From a virus (Duplodnaviria; Caudoviricetes): DNA of 40,705 nt. A program made the position numbers and the translations under genes. The notes below the pieces were generated by a model, which saw only the letters and a list, made by a program, of their open reading frames with translations, did not search any database and was not told where the DNA came from. Positions 18,198 to 27,834 of this stretch are shown in pieces. The DNA is taken from the IMG/VR virus record IMGVR_UViG_3300037634_007921, positions 1-40,705 of that record; one strand, given 5' to 3'. The number at the start of each line of letters is the position of its first letter. Within the stretch, counting starts at the first letter, position 1.

Positions 18198-18733
18198 AGA
18201 AAGCACTTATTCTCACTCATGCTGGTTTTCAAGACCACGAAGTGATATATCCTTATCATAGCTTAAAGGAAAACAACTTTGAGGTTACTGTTGTAGCTAA
18301 TCAGTTGGGAAGATTCTATGGGATTTTAGGATGTCATATGATCGGCGATGTTTTAACATCGGATTTTAACAACCCTGAAACCAGAGCAGAATATCTGAAA
18401 TATGATGTATTGGTAGTACCGGGCGGCGTTAAAGCATTAGAAAAGCTAAGGCTAGAGGAAGGGGTGGTTGAATTTGTTCGCCAGTGGAATGCGGAAGATA
18501 AAACCATTTTTTCTCTGTGTAACGGAGCCCAGCTTTTGATCACCGCGGATGTCATTAGAGGTAAAACAGTGTCTGGTTATTATGCCATTGAAGCTGATAT
18601 CAATAACGCTGGGGCAACTTATCACAGAGGACCGGTCGTTGTGGATAGTAATATAGTTTCCTCTCCTCATTATGACTTTATGGGTGAGTGGATGAGAACT
18701 GGTTATGAGGTTCTAGAAAAAAGAGGAAAATGA
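18194..18733 (+). CDS. DJ-1/PfpI family protein
   Basis: FQDHE, YDVLVVPGG, SLCNG nucleophile elbow, NAGA, VVVDSNIVSS. Confidence 0.88.
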   Translation: MKKALILTHAGFQDHEVIYPYHSLKENNFEVTVVANQLGRFYGILGCHMIGDVLTSDFNNPETRAEYLKYDVLVVPGGVKALEKLRLEEGVVEFVRQWNAEDKTIFSLCNGAQLLITADVIRGKTVSGYYAIEADINNAGATYHRGPVVVDSNIVSSPHYDFMGEWMRTGYEVLEKRGK

Positions 18734-19425
18734 GTTATGAAGACACCATAGTTAAGAAACCATGGGGCTATGAATACCTGGCCTACGAGAACGAACACGT
18801 AGGTCTTTGGTTTTTGTACATTGCTCATAAACAGGCCACATCGATGCATTGCCATCCCAACAAGACCACGGGGCTGATGGTGCTTGATGGTGACGTGCAA
18901 ATATCATTTCTAAGTAATAAATTTTTTGTAGAGGCGTGCGGAAAGATGATGATAAGAAAAGGTCTTTTCCACTCCACACAGGCAGTTAGCCAGCCGGGTG
19001 CCTGGGTAATGGAGATCGAAACACCGGTTGATAAACACGACTTGGTTCGATTTAAAGACTTTTACGGCCGCGAGGGTAAGCCCTATGAGGACAGTACTTT
19101 TGAGGCCCCTAAAAAAGACGATTGCTTGTGGCTGGAAGATCCACCTCCATCGCAGACGGTAACTTATAGCTTTGCAAATTCTAAAATTCATTTGACGAGC
19201 GTTGATGATTCTTCCCACTTTACCGATTTGTCCGATGACACCCATATTATCTTCTTGAGAGGCGGCCTTGTAACAGACTATGAAACAACTGTCGCTGGTC
19301 CCGGTGATATTGTTTCAGCCGCGGTATTAAAAAAGCTAATGACAGTTTTTAGTGACGTTGCACCTAATACTGTAACAATGATTGTGGAGAAAGAAGATGA
19401 TAGCAGACCTAGCGACACGATATAA
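18730..19425 (+). CDS. Cupin (mannose-6-phosphate isomerase-like) protein with C-terminal extension
   Basis: KPWGYE, TSMHCH, FHS, EIETP...DLVRFKDFYGR. Confidence 0.8.
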   Translation: MSYEDTIVKKPWGYEYLAYENEHVGLWFLYIAHKQATSMHCHPNKTTGLMVLDGDVQISFLSNKFFVEACGKMMIRKGLFHSTQAVSQPGAWVMEIETPVDKHDLVRFKDFYGREGKPYEDSTFEAPKKDDCLWLEDPPPSQTVTYSFANSKIHLTSVDDSSHFTDLSDDTHIIFLRGGLVTDYETTVAGPGDIVSAAVLKKLMTVFSDVAPNTVTMIVEKEDDSRPSDTI

Positions 19426-19903
19426 CACTTTTATTTTTGATCTAGACCGCACCGTGTGGAACACCAACTCCAAAACGGGTGAACCCATTTGGGCTAAGCA
19501 GATGCTTCGTCCATATGCTTTTGACGGTGAAGATACAATTATTGACGATGTATTTTCGACATGTTCGTTGCACAATGGTGTACGCGTGGTATTAGAGCAT
19601 TTGCACGCTTTGGGTAAAGATATTGGCTTTCTTTCTCGCGGCGGCATATACGGAGTAGAATACGAAAAACAACCGTCAGTGCTTTTGTTAAAAAAGTTTG
19701 GTATATATGATTTTTTCAATTATGAAAAGGTTTTACTTTACAAAACAGACTTAAAGTTATATAATTTAAAAGAAATAGCACAAGCGTGCGGTGAATATGT
19801 CTTTTTCGATGACAATGGGAAAGATCTTGCCGAGGCCAACTCTATAGATGGAGTCAAGGCAGTAGATCGAAATAGCTTCACGTGCTGGGAGAGTATTTTA
19901 TGA
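19397..19903 (+). CDS. HAD phosphatase, magnesium-dependent phosphatase-1-like
   Basis: IFDLDRTVW, LSR, K, FFDD. Confidence 0.8.
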   Translation: MIADLATRYNTFIFDLDRTVWNTNSKTGEPIWAKQMLRPYAFDGEDTIIDDVFSTCSLHNGVRVVLEHLHALGKDIGFLSRGGIYGVEYEKQPSVLLLKKFGIYDFFNYEKVLLYKTDLKLYNLKEIAQACGEYVFFDDNGKDLAEANSIDGVKAVDRNSFTCWESIL

Positions 19904-20742
19904 GTGAAAACTTCAGAATGGACGTCTTTAAAAGAGCAGCACTCTGTAGGAATTTTGAGCAATATGTTTTTGACGGAATTCGTAACAAGATGTTCAAGTT
20001 TCCCATCTATCTTTCGGCCGGCCAAGAATATATCTCCGCCACAATCGCGGAGGTCATGCACCGTAAAAAGATCCAACCCAACATCTTTATTCAACATCGA
20101 GGGCACTCGACATATCTGTCATATGACGCACCCATTGAATCGCTCATCGATGAATTACTCGGCCGTCCCACAGGTTGTGCTAACGGTATGGGCGGATCGG
20201 CATCTATCCACTCGAAAGAAAAAAATATATTCGGTCACGACGGTCTGATGGGCTCCCAAGCTCCTATCGCTGTAGGTCACTGTTACAGCACAAAACATCC
20301 CACAATTGTACATCTAGGTGATGCATCGGCAGAAGAGGATTATGTCTTGGGAGCCCTGGGGTGGGCATCTACTAAAAAACTTCCAATGATCTTTGTAGTA
20401 GAGGACAATAATCTTTCCATCCTCACCGAGAAAAAGATGCGCCGAAACTGGGAACTACCAGACGTCGCGAAGGCTTTCAGAATGAAAGGTTTTGACACCA
20501 GCGATGATCCGCTAGAATTGGCGAACTTTCTTAGAAACAATTCCTTCGCCGACGGTCCCATTCTTTTGAATGTCAACACACATAGGAAATTCTGGCATTC
20601 CGGCGCTGGCATCGATGACGAAAATATATTCGATAGATACCGCACAGAAATGGAAGCCCTAGGAGAAGAGGCTATTCTTATTGATACCCAAGCTAAACAA
20701 AGAGTAGAAGAGTTATGGCAAAAACAGTTAGAGATACAATAA
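19900..20742 (+). CDS. TPP-dependent enzyme, E1-alpha-like subunit
   Basis: YLSAGQE, HRGH, ELLG...GMGGS, GDA-x26-DN TPP motif, RKFWH. Confidence 0.88.
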   Translation: MSENFRMDVFKRAALCRNFEQYVFDGIRNKMFKFPIYLSAGQEYISATIAEVMHRKKIQPNIFIQHRGHSTYLSYDAPIESLIDELLGRPTGCANGMGGSASIHSKEKNIFGHDGLMGSQAPIAVGHCYSTKHPTIVHLGDASAEEDYVLGALGWASTKKLPMIFVVEDNNLSILTEKKMRRNWELPDVAKAFRMKGFDTSDDPLELANFLRNNSFADGPILLNVNTHRKFWHSGAGIDDENIFDRYRTEMEALGEEAILIDTQAKQRVEELWQKQLEIQ

Positions 20743-21638
20743 AAGAAATAACACGCGGCCATTTGGCAGGGGGAAGCCGCTGCTTTGGCCAATGTCTGAC
20801 CGCAGTCGGCTGGGTGGGTGGAACTCTTCCGGAACTTTATGAAGAAGATGGAATGGTCGAGCTTTCGATGGCAGACGTAGCTGGGGGCGGTATTATAACA
20901 GGACTCGCACTGGCCGGGGAACGCCCCATCTATGTTGTGAGATATCAAGGGTTTCAATGGTACAATTCTCCGATTATCGCCAACTACGCGATGAAATCTC
21001 AAGAGATCTGGCAGCGCCCATGTCCACTGCTCGTTAGAAGTATTGCTATGGAAGGGGGCATCGGCCCCGTCGCAGGCTCTTCACATCATTCAATTTATCA
21101 AAGAATGCCCGGTGTTAAAATAGCTGCGCCAATGACGCCCGGTGAATACCAGGCCGTCTACGACCAATTTATGCAAGAAGAAGAGGTTTATTACATCTCC
21201 GAACATCGCAAGAGCTATGACAACACTGAAGAGATGGAGGATACTATTCACGAAGAGGCGGACATAACTCTGTTTCCAATCTCGATCACTCGCTTTGCTG
21301 CAGAAGAAGCAAAAAAAGAATTGGAAAAGATGCGCCTTAAAGTAAACATATGTCATATCTTATGGATTAAACCCTTTGAGGCTAAAAAGGAATGGGTCAC
21401 AGCGCTTGAAAACTCTAAATTTGGTGGCATTGTTCTTGATGACGATTATGAGGAAGGAGTAGCCAGCAGTGTAGCCCACGACCTCATGATGGCGGCTAAT
21501 ACGAAATGGTCTTCTAAAAAAGTGCATACATTAGGACTCAGCCATCGTACCGCAGGATTTCACCCAAGTGTTGATAACCTACCTCCTTCCAAAGAACAAA
21601 TCATTCAAAGAGTATTGGAGATCGTTCCCCATGTTTAA
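20715..21638 (+). CDS. TPP-dependent enzyme, E1-beta/transketolase C-terminal-like subunit
   Basis: GLALAGERPI, GPVAGSSH, PGVKIAAPMTP, SEHR, IKPF; overlaps the alpha gene. Confidence 0.85.
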   Translation: MAKTVRDTIKEITRGHLAGGSRCFGQCLTAVGWVGGTLPELYEEDGMVELSMADVAGGGIITGLALAGERPIYVVRYQGFQWYNSPIIANYAMKSQEIWQRPCPLLVRSIAMEGGIGPVAGSSHHSIYQRMPGVKIAAPMTPGEYQAVYDQFMQEEEVYYISEHRKSYDNTEEMEDTIHEEADITLFPISITRFAAEEAKKELEKMRLKVNICHILWIKPFEAKKEWVTALENSKFGGIVLDDDYEEGVASSVAHDLMMAANTKWSSKKVHTLGLSHRTAGFHPSVDNLPPSKEQIIQRVLEIVPHV

Positions 21639-22788
21639 ATGGCCCCTTATTAATGATAATATTACTCAACAAGATAAAGAAGCTCTTGCTGAATTTATTT
21701 TAAATTCTAATCGCTTTACGAACGGCCCAAAAGTGCGTGAGTTCGAAAAAGTCTGGTCTGAATGGCTCGGAGTAAAATACAGCGTCATGGTTAATTCGGG
21801 TGCCTCGGCCAATTACATTACCATGGCCATAACGCGCGAACTTAAAGGACAGACGGGCGAAGTGATCGTACCTCCGATTGGCTGGGTGTCTGATGTGGCG
21901 TCTATCATAAACACAGGGCTAACACCAGTTTTTGTAGATGTTGATAAGAGCAACATAGCCATGGCCTATGAGAATATTAAAAATGCAATTACTGAGGAAA
22001 CCAAAGCAATTGTGTTAGTTCATTGCTTGGGCTTCAATGGGTTAAATGAAAAATTAATTCAACTTGCTCTCACCCATAATTTGTTGCTTATAGAAGATTG
22101 TTGTGAATCACACGGCGCCGTCTTTAAGGAAGATCGAGTGGGTAGCTGGGGAGATATGTCCTGCTTCTCGTTTTATTTTGGCCATCATATAACCACTATC
22201 GAAGGTGGTATGGTGTGCACCGATAACTATGAAATTTATCAACTTGCCAAGCTTTTCCGCTCTCACGGGATGACCCGTGAAGTCGACGCCGAAACGCACG
22301 ACAAATACTACGAAGAAGGTCTCAACCCTCTGTTCACTTTTGGAGTGCCGGGTTATAATATGAGAAGTACGGAGTTGAACGCAGTTCTAGGCTTACAACA
22401 GATGGAAAGGCTTGATTATAATATTGAATGTCGAAAAGAAAATCTAGCTGTATGGCTTGAGAACTTGGATGGTGAAACATATTTCACTGATTTCGACACC
22501 GAGGGAAATAGCAGCTTTGCACTGCCTTTAATCCTGGCCAAACCAGACGCAGAACTTCTCAATAGAATTTGCGCACTTCTACAGCAGGAACAAGTGGAAT
22601 ATCGACTCGGAACCGCCGGCGGCGGAAACCAAGCCCGACAACCCTACTTAAAGAATTACGCTTTTAGGCAAGCTGATGATCTGGCAAATGCCAATTACAT
22701 ACATGATAACAGCCTGTATATCGGAAATCATACCGAACTAAACAAGGAGCAAATAGTGGAACTTTGCAGAGGTCTAAACAATGTTTGA
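21631..22788 (+). CDS. PLP-dependent DegT-family NDP-4-keto-6-deoxysugar 3-dehydratase (ColD-like)
   Basis: VNSGASAN, IEDCCESHG, FSFYFGHHITTIEGG (His in place of the Schiff-base Lys), RSHGMTR; lacks the Cys cluster of DdhC/E1. Confidence 0.85.
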   Translation: MFKWPLINDNITQQDKEALAEFILNSNRFTNGPKVREFEKVWSEWLGVKYSVMVNSGASANYITMAITRELKGQTGEVIVPPIGWVSDVASIINTGLTPVFVDVDKSNIAMAYENIKNAITEETKAIVLVHCLGFNGLNEKLIQLALTHNLLLIEDCCESHGAVFKEDRVGSWGDMSCFSFYFGHHITTIEGGMVCTDNYEIYQLAKLFRSHGMTREVDAETHDKYYEEGLNPLFTFGVPGYNMRSTELNAVLGLQQMERLDYNIECRKENLAVWLENLDGETYFTDFDTEGNSSFALPLILAKPDAELLNRICALLQQEQVEYRLGTAGGGNQARQPYLKNYAFRQADDLANANYIHDNSLYIGNHTELNKEQIVELCRGLNNV

Positions 22789-23758
22789 GAATAAAAATGT
22801 TTTAGTAACAGGCGGCGCTGGAATGATCGGCCGGCAATTAGTCGCGCAGCTTCTTGAGAAAAATGCCATTGTCCACATCGCCGACATTAAAGAACCCATC
22901 GATATGCCAGCGGATATTATTTTCCACAAGGTTGATCTACGCAGCTATGACTCTTGCCTTCAAGTGTGTGAAAATATTGACTTTGTTTTCAATCTGGTGG
23001 GGATCAAGTGTTCCCCTCGTGTGTGCATTGAAGAACCTGCCAGTATTATGGGGCCTATGCTCCAATTCAATACTAATATGCTCGAAGCCGCAATGAAGCA
23101 GAATGTGGAATGGTATCTCTACACCAGCACGGTGGGCGTATACGAACCCGCAGAGGTTCTTCGCGAAGATGACGTGTGGAAAACTCAACCCTCAAAGAAT
23201 GACTGGTTTGGCGGCTGGGCCAAACGAATGGGAGAGCTACAGTGCCAAGCCTATGAGCGGCAATACGGGCAAGGAAAATGTAGTATTGTAAGACCAGCAA
23301 ATGTTTATGGACCCCATGACACGTTTGATCCAGACAGTGCAATGGTAATTCCTTCTTTAATACGCAAAGCTTTCACCAATGACAAACTTGAGGTCTGGGG
23401 CGACGGTTCGGCCATCCGAGATTTTATTCACGCCAAGGATGTGGCCAGGGGAATGATCTTCGTAGTAGAAAATAAAATTACAGAACCGCTCAACTTGGGT
23501 TCCGGCGACGAGATCTCCATTAAAAGAATTGCCGAAACCATCGCAACAGCCGCAAATATCCCCATCGAGTGGGACACCACCAAACCTACGGGAGACGCCC
23601 GACGAGTTTTTGATATGTCCCGCGCTGATAAATTGGGCTTTAAACCCCAAATATCAATAGAAGAGGGCATCAAGAATACAATTGAGTGGTATTTGGAGAA
23701 CCAAGAGGCGGCCAACACATCGAAGGATGTTTTTAAGGCCCTAAACGGAGCAATATAA
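22781..23758 (+). CDS. Extended SDR epimerase/reductase (GDP-fucose synthase-like)
   Basis: TGGAGMIG, RPANVYGP, VWGDGSAIRDFIH; canonical YxxxK replaced by GGWAK. Confidence 0.85.
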   Translation: MFENKNVLVTGGAGMIGRQLVAQLLEKNAIVHIADIKEPIDMPADIIFHKVDLRSYDSCLQVCENIDFVFNLVGIKCSPRVCIEEPASIMGPMLQFNTNMLEAAMKQNVEWYLYTSTVGVYEPAEVLREDDVWKTQPSKNDWFGGWAKRMGELQCQAYERQYGQGKCSIVRPANVYGPHDTFDPDSAMVIPSLIRKAFTNDKLEVWGDGSAIRDFIHAKDVARGMIFVVENKITEPLNLGSGDEISIKRIAETIATAANIPIEWDTTKPTGDARRVFDMSRADKLGFKPQISIEEGIKNTIEWYLENQEAANTSKDVFKALNGAI

Positions 23759-23759
23759 A

Positions 23760-24341
23760 ATGAAACCCAAGGTTTTAATAACAGGCGCGTCATCGGGTCT
23801 TGGTATCCACTTGGCAAAAAAGTTTGAGGAAAGCGGACATCCTGTTTTACGCCACAATGGACACAAACATCATAATCTAGCCCGAGTGCAAGGAGTTGAA
23901 AATTTGGCCTTTGAAGCTATTAGCGAGGGGGTCGAGGTATTGGTAAATAACGCTGCCATTGTTTGTCCAAATATTACATTAAATAACTACACAATTGCGC
24001 AAATATGTGATATGATAGAAGTGAATCTAAAGGCTCCGATATTGCTTACACACTATCTGTTACCCCACCTGAAAGGGATAATAAATATAAATTCAATGGT
24101 CGGTTTGGAGGTTAAACAGCCTCGAACTTTATATTCTGCAACAAAGTGGGGGCTGCGAGGTTTTTCTAATAGTTTAAAAAAAGAAAACCCTTCGCTGTCT
24201 ATTATGGATGTTTACCCCACTAATATAAAAACAACGCCCGACAGAGAGAACGCAATGGATATTGATATGGTAGTTAATAAGATCTACAAAGCATACAGCC
24301 TAAATGAATCCGAATTAATACTGGATGGGAGGCTTCAATGA
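23760..24341 (+). CDS. Classical short-chain dehydrogenase/reductase
   Basis: TGASSGLG, NNAA, INS, YSATK. Confidence 0.88.
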   Translation: MKPKVLITGASSGLGIHLAKKFEESGHPVLRHNGHKHHNLARVQGVENLAFEAISEGVEVLVNNAAIVCPNITLNNYTIAQICDMIEVNLKAPILLTHYLLPHLKGIININSMVGLEVKQPRTLYSATKWGLRGFSNSLKKENPSLSIMDVYPTNIKTTPDRENAMDIDMVVNKIYKAYSLNESELILDGRLQ

Positions 24342-25288
24342 AAAAGATGTTAATATGCGGCGCCAATGGTTTTATTGGGCGAAATTTGGTGGAGCATTTT
24401 GCACCCACCTATAGCATAAGAGCGGTTGATCAAATTCGTACCAACTGTCACCCTGATGACTGTCCTGAAAATGTGGAGTGGATAGTCACCGATTTGCGAA
24501 ATGCGAGTGAGGTAGCCCGAGTCATCGACGGAGTGGATGTCATACTTCACTACGCAGCAACTACCACAGGCGCGGCCGACATTGTATCTAAGCCTTATAT
24601 TCACGTAACTGATAATGCAGTTATGACCTCTCTACTTTTGCGAGAGGCTTTTGAGCAAGGGATAGAGCACTTTATAATGCCCAGTTGCACAATCATGTAT
24701 CAATCGAGCGATACCCCAGTAAGAGAAGCCGACTTCGACGAGTCTACTGGCATACTTCCGAAGTATTTTGGCGCTGGAAACACAAAGGTTTATTTGGAAA
24801 AGATGTGTGAGTTTTTCGCAGGCTTTGGAAGAACCAAGCACACAGTGCTTCGACAGTCTAACATATATGGCCCTCACGATAAGTATGATTTAAAAAAGGG
24901 TCACGTTTTTGGCGCCACAGTGGTAAAAGTGATGAAAGCCCAGAAAGAGGTGATTGTATGGGGCACAGGAGAAGAAGAGCGCGATTTGCTCCACGTTAAT
25001 GATTTGGTTACGTGTGTAGAGGCCGCCCTTGAGAAGCAAGAAACCCCGTATGAACTAGTAAATGTTGGCCTAGGGGAGTCGATATCTATTTCAAATCTTG
25101 TACAATCGATTGTTGCAGCATCGGGGAAGAATTTGCAAATAAAATATGACGAAACCAAACCAACTATTAAAACTAAATTAGCAGTGGATATCACGAAGGC
25201 AAAAGAGGTGTTGAAATGGCACCCTCAAATTTCTTTAGATCGTGGTATTAAAAATACATTATCTTGGTACAAGGAGAATATTAAATGA
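24338..25288 (+). CDS. Extended SDR epimerase/reductase (GDP-fucose synthase-like)
   Basis: GANGFIG, SNIYGPHD, HVFGA, VWGTGEEERDLLH; YFGAGNTK instead of YxxxK. Confidence 0.85.
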   Translation: MKKMLICGANGFIGRNLVEHFAPTYSIRAVDQIRTNCHPDDCPENVEWIVTDLRNASEVARVIDGVDVILHYAATTTGAADIVSKPYIHVTDNAVMTSLLLREAFEQGIEHFIMPSCTIMYQSSDTPVREADFDESTGILPKYFGAGNTKVYLEKMCEFFAGFGRTKHTVLRQSNIYGPHDKYDLKKGHVFGATVVKVMKAQKEVIVWGTGEEERDLLHVNDLVTCVEAALEKQETPYELVNVGLGESISISNLVQSIVAASGKNLQIKYDETKPTIKTKLAVDITKAKEVLKWHPQISLDRGIKNTLSWYKENIK

Positions 25289-26073
25289 CCGAACTCAAGA
25301 CTCACATGGACAGTTTCACTCTCACCGAAGAACAGTTAAACTCTTATAATGAAAACGGGTACTTACTAATTCCGGGAGTGTGGAATAAAGATGAAGTAGA
25401 TATTATCCGCCAAGATTTAGACCATTATGCCGGCGATAATATCACTGTACGACTGGATATGCATCACCATGCTAGCATCAAGCAGGCGCATAGAGGTAAA
25501 AAGATGTGTGACATAGGGGACGCCATTTGCGGTGGCCGCGCTATTCCAATCGCAACCACTACATTTTTTTGCAAACCTAACAACGAGAAGGAGTTGGGAT
25601 CGATATGGCATCAAGATAATTTCGCTCCTATGGCCCCCAACGGGAACCATTATTTGAATTTGGCCCTGGCGGTCGACGATGCCGACTCCACAAATGGGTC
25701 TCTTATTGTTATTCCTGGTAGTCATAGGTTGGGAATGCTGGCCTTTGACCCCTCGCCGAACTTTTCAGTCGACGCAGATGGAAACCGATATCAGATTGCT
25801 CCAATCGGAGACGCTCACCAACTCAGCGAGTATACGGATTCCGACGGAAACTCCCTGTCGGACGACCTTCCAACCCTTCAGCTTGAATATAAGGCCGGAG
25901 ACGTGCTTGTGGTTAACGGCCTTTTGTTGCATAAAGCCGATAGAAACACCCACCCAACGCGCTGGCGAAGGACCATTTATAGCGTCTATATTAAAGAAGG
26001 TGAGCCCTTCTGGCCCGGTTGGACGGCCAAAAGAGAGTTGTTGGACCGTCATGACTCGAAGGACTTTGCTTAA
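25285..26073 (+). CDS. Fe(II)/2-oxoglutarate dioxygenase, PhyH family
   Basis: YNENGY, WHQD, NGSLIVIPGSH, AGDV...LLH...N...RR. Confidence 0.9.
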   Translation: MTELKTHMDSFTLTEEQLNSYNENGYLLIPGVWNKDEVDIIRQDLDHYAGDNITVRLDMHHHASIKQAHRGKKMCDIGDAICGGRAIPIATTTFFCKPNNEKELGSIWHQDNFAPMAPNGNHYLNLALAVDDADSTNGSLIVIPGSHRLGMLAFDPSPNFSVDADGNRYQIAPIGDAHQLSEYTDSDGNSLSDDLPTLQLEYKAGDVLVVNGLLLHKADRNTHPTRWRRTIYSVYIKEGEPFWPGWTAKRELLDRHDSKDFA

Positions 26074-27080
26074 TGACTAGTGCCTTTATAACAGGAATTA
26101 CGGGGATGGTCGGCTCACACTTGTCTGATTTTCTTCTGGAAAACACTGATTGGCACGTTTATGGTTTTTGTAGATGGAACGATGATTTTTCAAACATCAA
26201 GCATCTTTTTGATCGCATAAATAATCATGACCGCATACACCTAACCTACGGAGATCTAAACGATTATGCCTCGGTCCTGCACGCACTCAAAGACGCTAAT
26301 CCCGATTACATTTTCCATTTAGCCGCGCAAAGCTATCCCAAGACCAGCTTCTCAGCCCCGCTTGAAACCCTACAAACTAATATTATCGGCACAGCCAATC
26401 TATTGGAATCTATCAGAACTTTAGGTATCGACCCGGTGGTGCACGTGTGCGCCTCCTCTGAAGTCTTTGGAAGGGTTCCTCAAGATAAGCTTCCCATTGG
26501 TGAGGATTGTACATTTCATCCTGCATCTCCTTATGCTATATCAAAAGTCGGAACGGATCTCCTAGGGCGTTATTATGGAGAGGCTTACGGAATTAAAGCG
26601 ATTACCACGCGAATGTTCACCCATACGGGTCCTCGCCGCGGCGATGTTTTTGCGGAATCCAGCTTTGCTAAGCAAATCGCCATGATAGAAAAGGGCCTTT
26701 TGCCCCCAGTTATAAAGGTAGGAAATTTAGATTCTTTGCGAACTTGGGCAGATGTTCGGGACGCCGTAAGAGCATATTATATGCTTGTTACAATTAACCC
26801 CACGGCGGGTGAGTATTATAATATCGGAGGTCAATATACATGCTCGGTACGAGATATGTTAAATTTTCTTATTTCCCAAGCCAATATTGAGGAAATAAAA
26901 GTAGAAGTGGATCCGTCTCGTCTGAGACCGATAGATGCTGACTTACAGGTACCAGATACGTCTAAGTTTAAACATCATACAGGATGGGAACCGCAGATCT
27001 CTTTTGAAAAGACTATGATTGATTTGTTAAACTATTGGAGAAAAAGGGTAGAAAACGAAAATCATTTTATGTCTCGATGA
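26073..27080 (+). CDS. GDP-sugar 4,6-dehydratase (Gmd family; resembles GDP-manno-heptose dehydratase DmhA)
   Basis: TGITGMVG, DFLLENTD, HLAAQSYPKTSF, ETLQTNIIGTAN, SSE, SPYAISK, THTGPRRGDVF, RPIDAD; recalled similarity to DmhA/DdahA. Confidence 0.88.
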   Translation: MTSAFITGITGMVGSHLSDFLLENTDWHVYGFCRWNDDFSNIKHLFDRINNHDRIHLTYGDLNDYASVLHALKDANPDYIFHLAAQSYPKTSFSAPLETLQTNIIGTANLLESIRTLGIDPVVHVCASSEVFGRVPQDKLPIGEDCTFHPASPYAISKVGTDLLGRYYGEAYGIKAITTRMFTHTGPRRGDVFAESSFAKQIAMIEKGLLPPVIKVGNLDSLRTWADVRDAVRAYYMLVTINPTAGEYYNIGGQYTCSVRDMLNFLISQANIEEIKVEVDPSRLRPIDADLQVPDTSKFKHHTGWEPQISFEKTMIDLLNYWRKRVENENHFMSR

Positions 27081-27102
27081 CTTGTGTCAAGCTGAATAGT
27101 AT

Positions 27103-27834
27103 ATGAAAATTTTAGTAATCGGTGAAACATGTAAAGACGTTTTTTGTTATGGGAAGAGTGAACGCCTCGCCCCAGAGGCACCCGCACCGGTATTCGTTCC
27201 TCTGAGTACCATTACAAACCCAGGCATGGCAATGAACGTTCAGAAGAACATCCTCTCTCTAGATTGTGAGTGTGATATCGTCACAAATGATAACTGGGAA
27301 GAGATTGTTAAAACGCGCTATATTCATAAAAACACTAATCAAATGTTCTTAAGAATTGATGAAAATGATGATACTATAGAAAGATGTGATGTAAAACAAA
27401 TACCCTTAAAGAAATACGATATGATAATTGTTTCCGACTATTGCAAAGGCTTCTTAACTGAGAAGGACATTCGCTGGATCGGCGCCAATCATGATTGTGT
27501 GCTTCTGGATACTAAAAAACAGTTAGGTGACTGGTGTAACACTGTTGATTACATTAAAATAAATAACAGCGAGTATCGAAGGTCAGAAAAACACATCACA
27601 GGTACCCTTCGCTCAAAACTAATAGTTACGCTAGGGGAGAAAGGTTGCAGATATTTGGAGAAAATTTATCCCGTTAAGTCGGTAGAGATCAAGGATGTAT
27701 CCGGCGCCGGCGATACATTCATCGCTGGTCTTGCTGTGAAATACCTCCAGACACAAGATATGGACCAAGCCATAACTTTTGCCAACCATTGCGCCACCAA
27801 CGTTGTACAGAGAAGAGGCGTAAACACCCTATGA
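27103..27834 (+). CDS. PfkB sugar kinase, HldE/RfaE domain I-like
   Basis: RLAPEAPAPV, KTRY, SDYCKG, DVSGAGDTF. Confidence 0.88.
   Translation: MKILVIGETCKDVFCYGKSERLAPEAPAPVFVPLSTITNPGMAMNVQKNILSLDCECDIVTNDNWEEIVKTRYIHKNTNQMFLRIDENDDTIERCDVKQIPLKKYDMIIVSDYCKGFLTEKDIRWIGANHDCVLLDTKKQLGDWCNTVDYIKINNSEYRRSEKHITGTLRSKLIVTLGEKGCRYLEKIYPVKSVEIKDVSGAGDTFIAGLAVKYLQTQDMDQAITFANHCATNVVQRRGVNTL

Noticed and set aside
19900-21638. Central-metabolic pyruvate dehydrogenase
   Set aside because: No E2/E3 in the window, divergent motifs, and it is embedded in a nucleotide-sugar operon.
21631-22788. Sugar aminotransferase or Fe-S DdhC
   Set aside because: His replaces the catalytic Lys and the DdhC Cys cluster is absent, which fits a ColD-type dehydratase.
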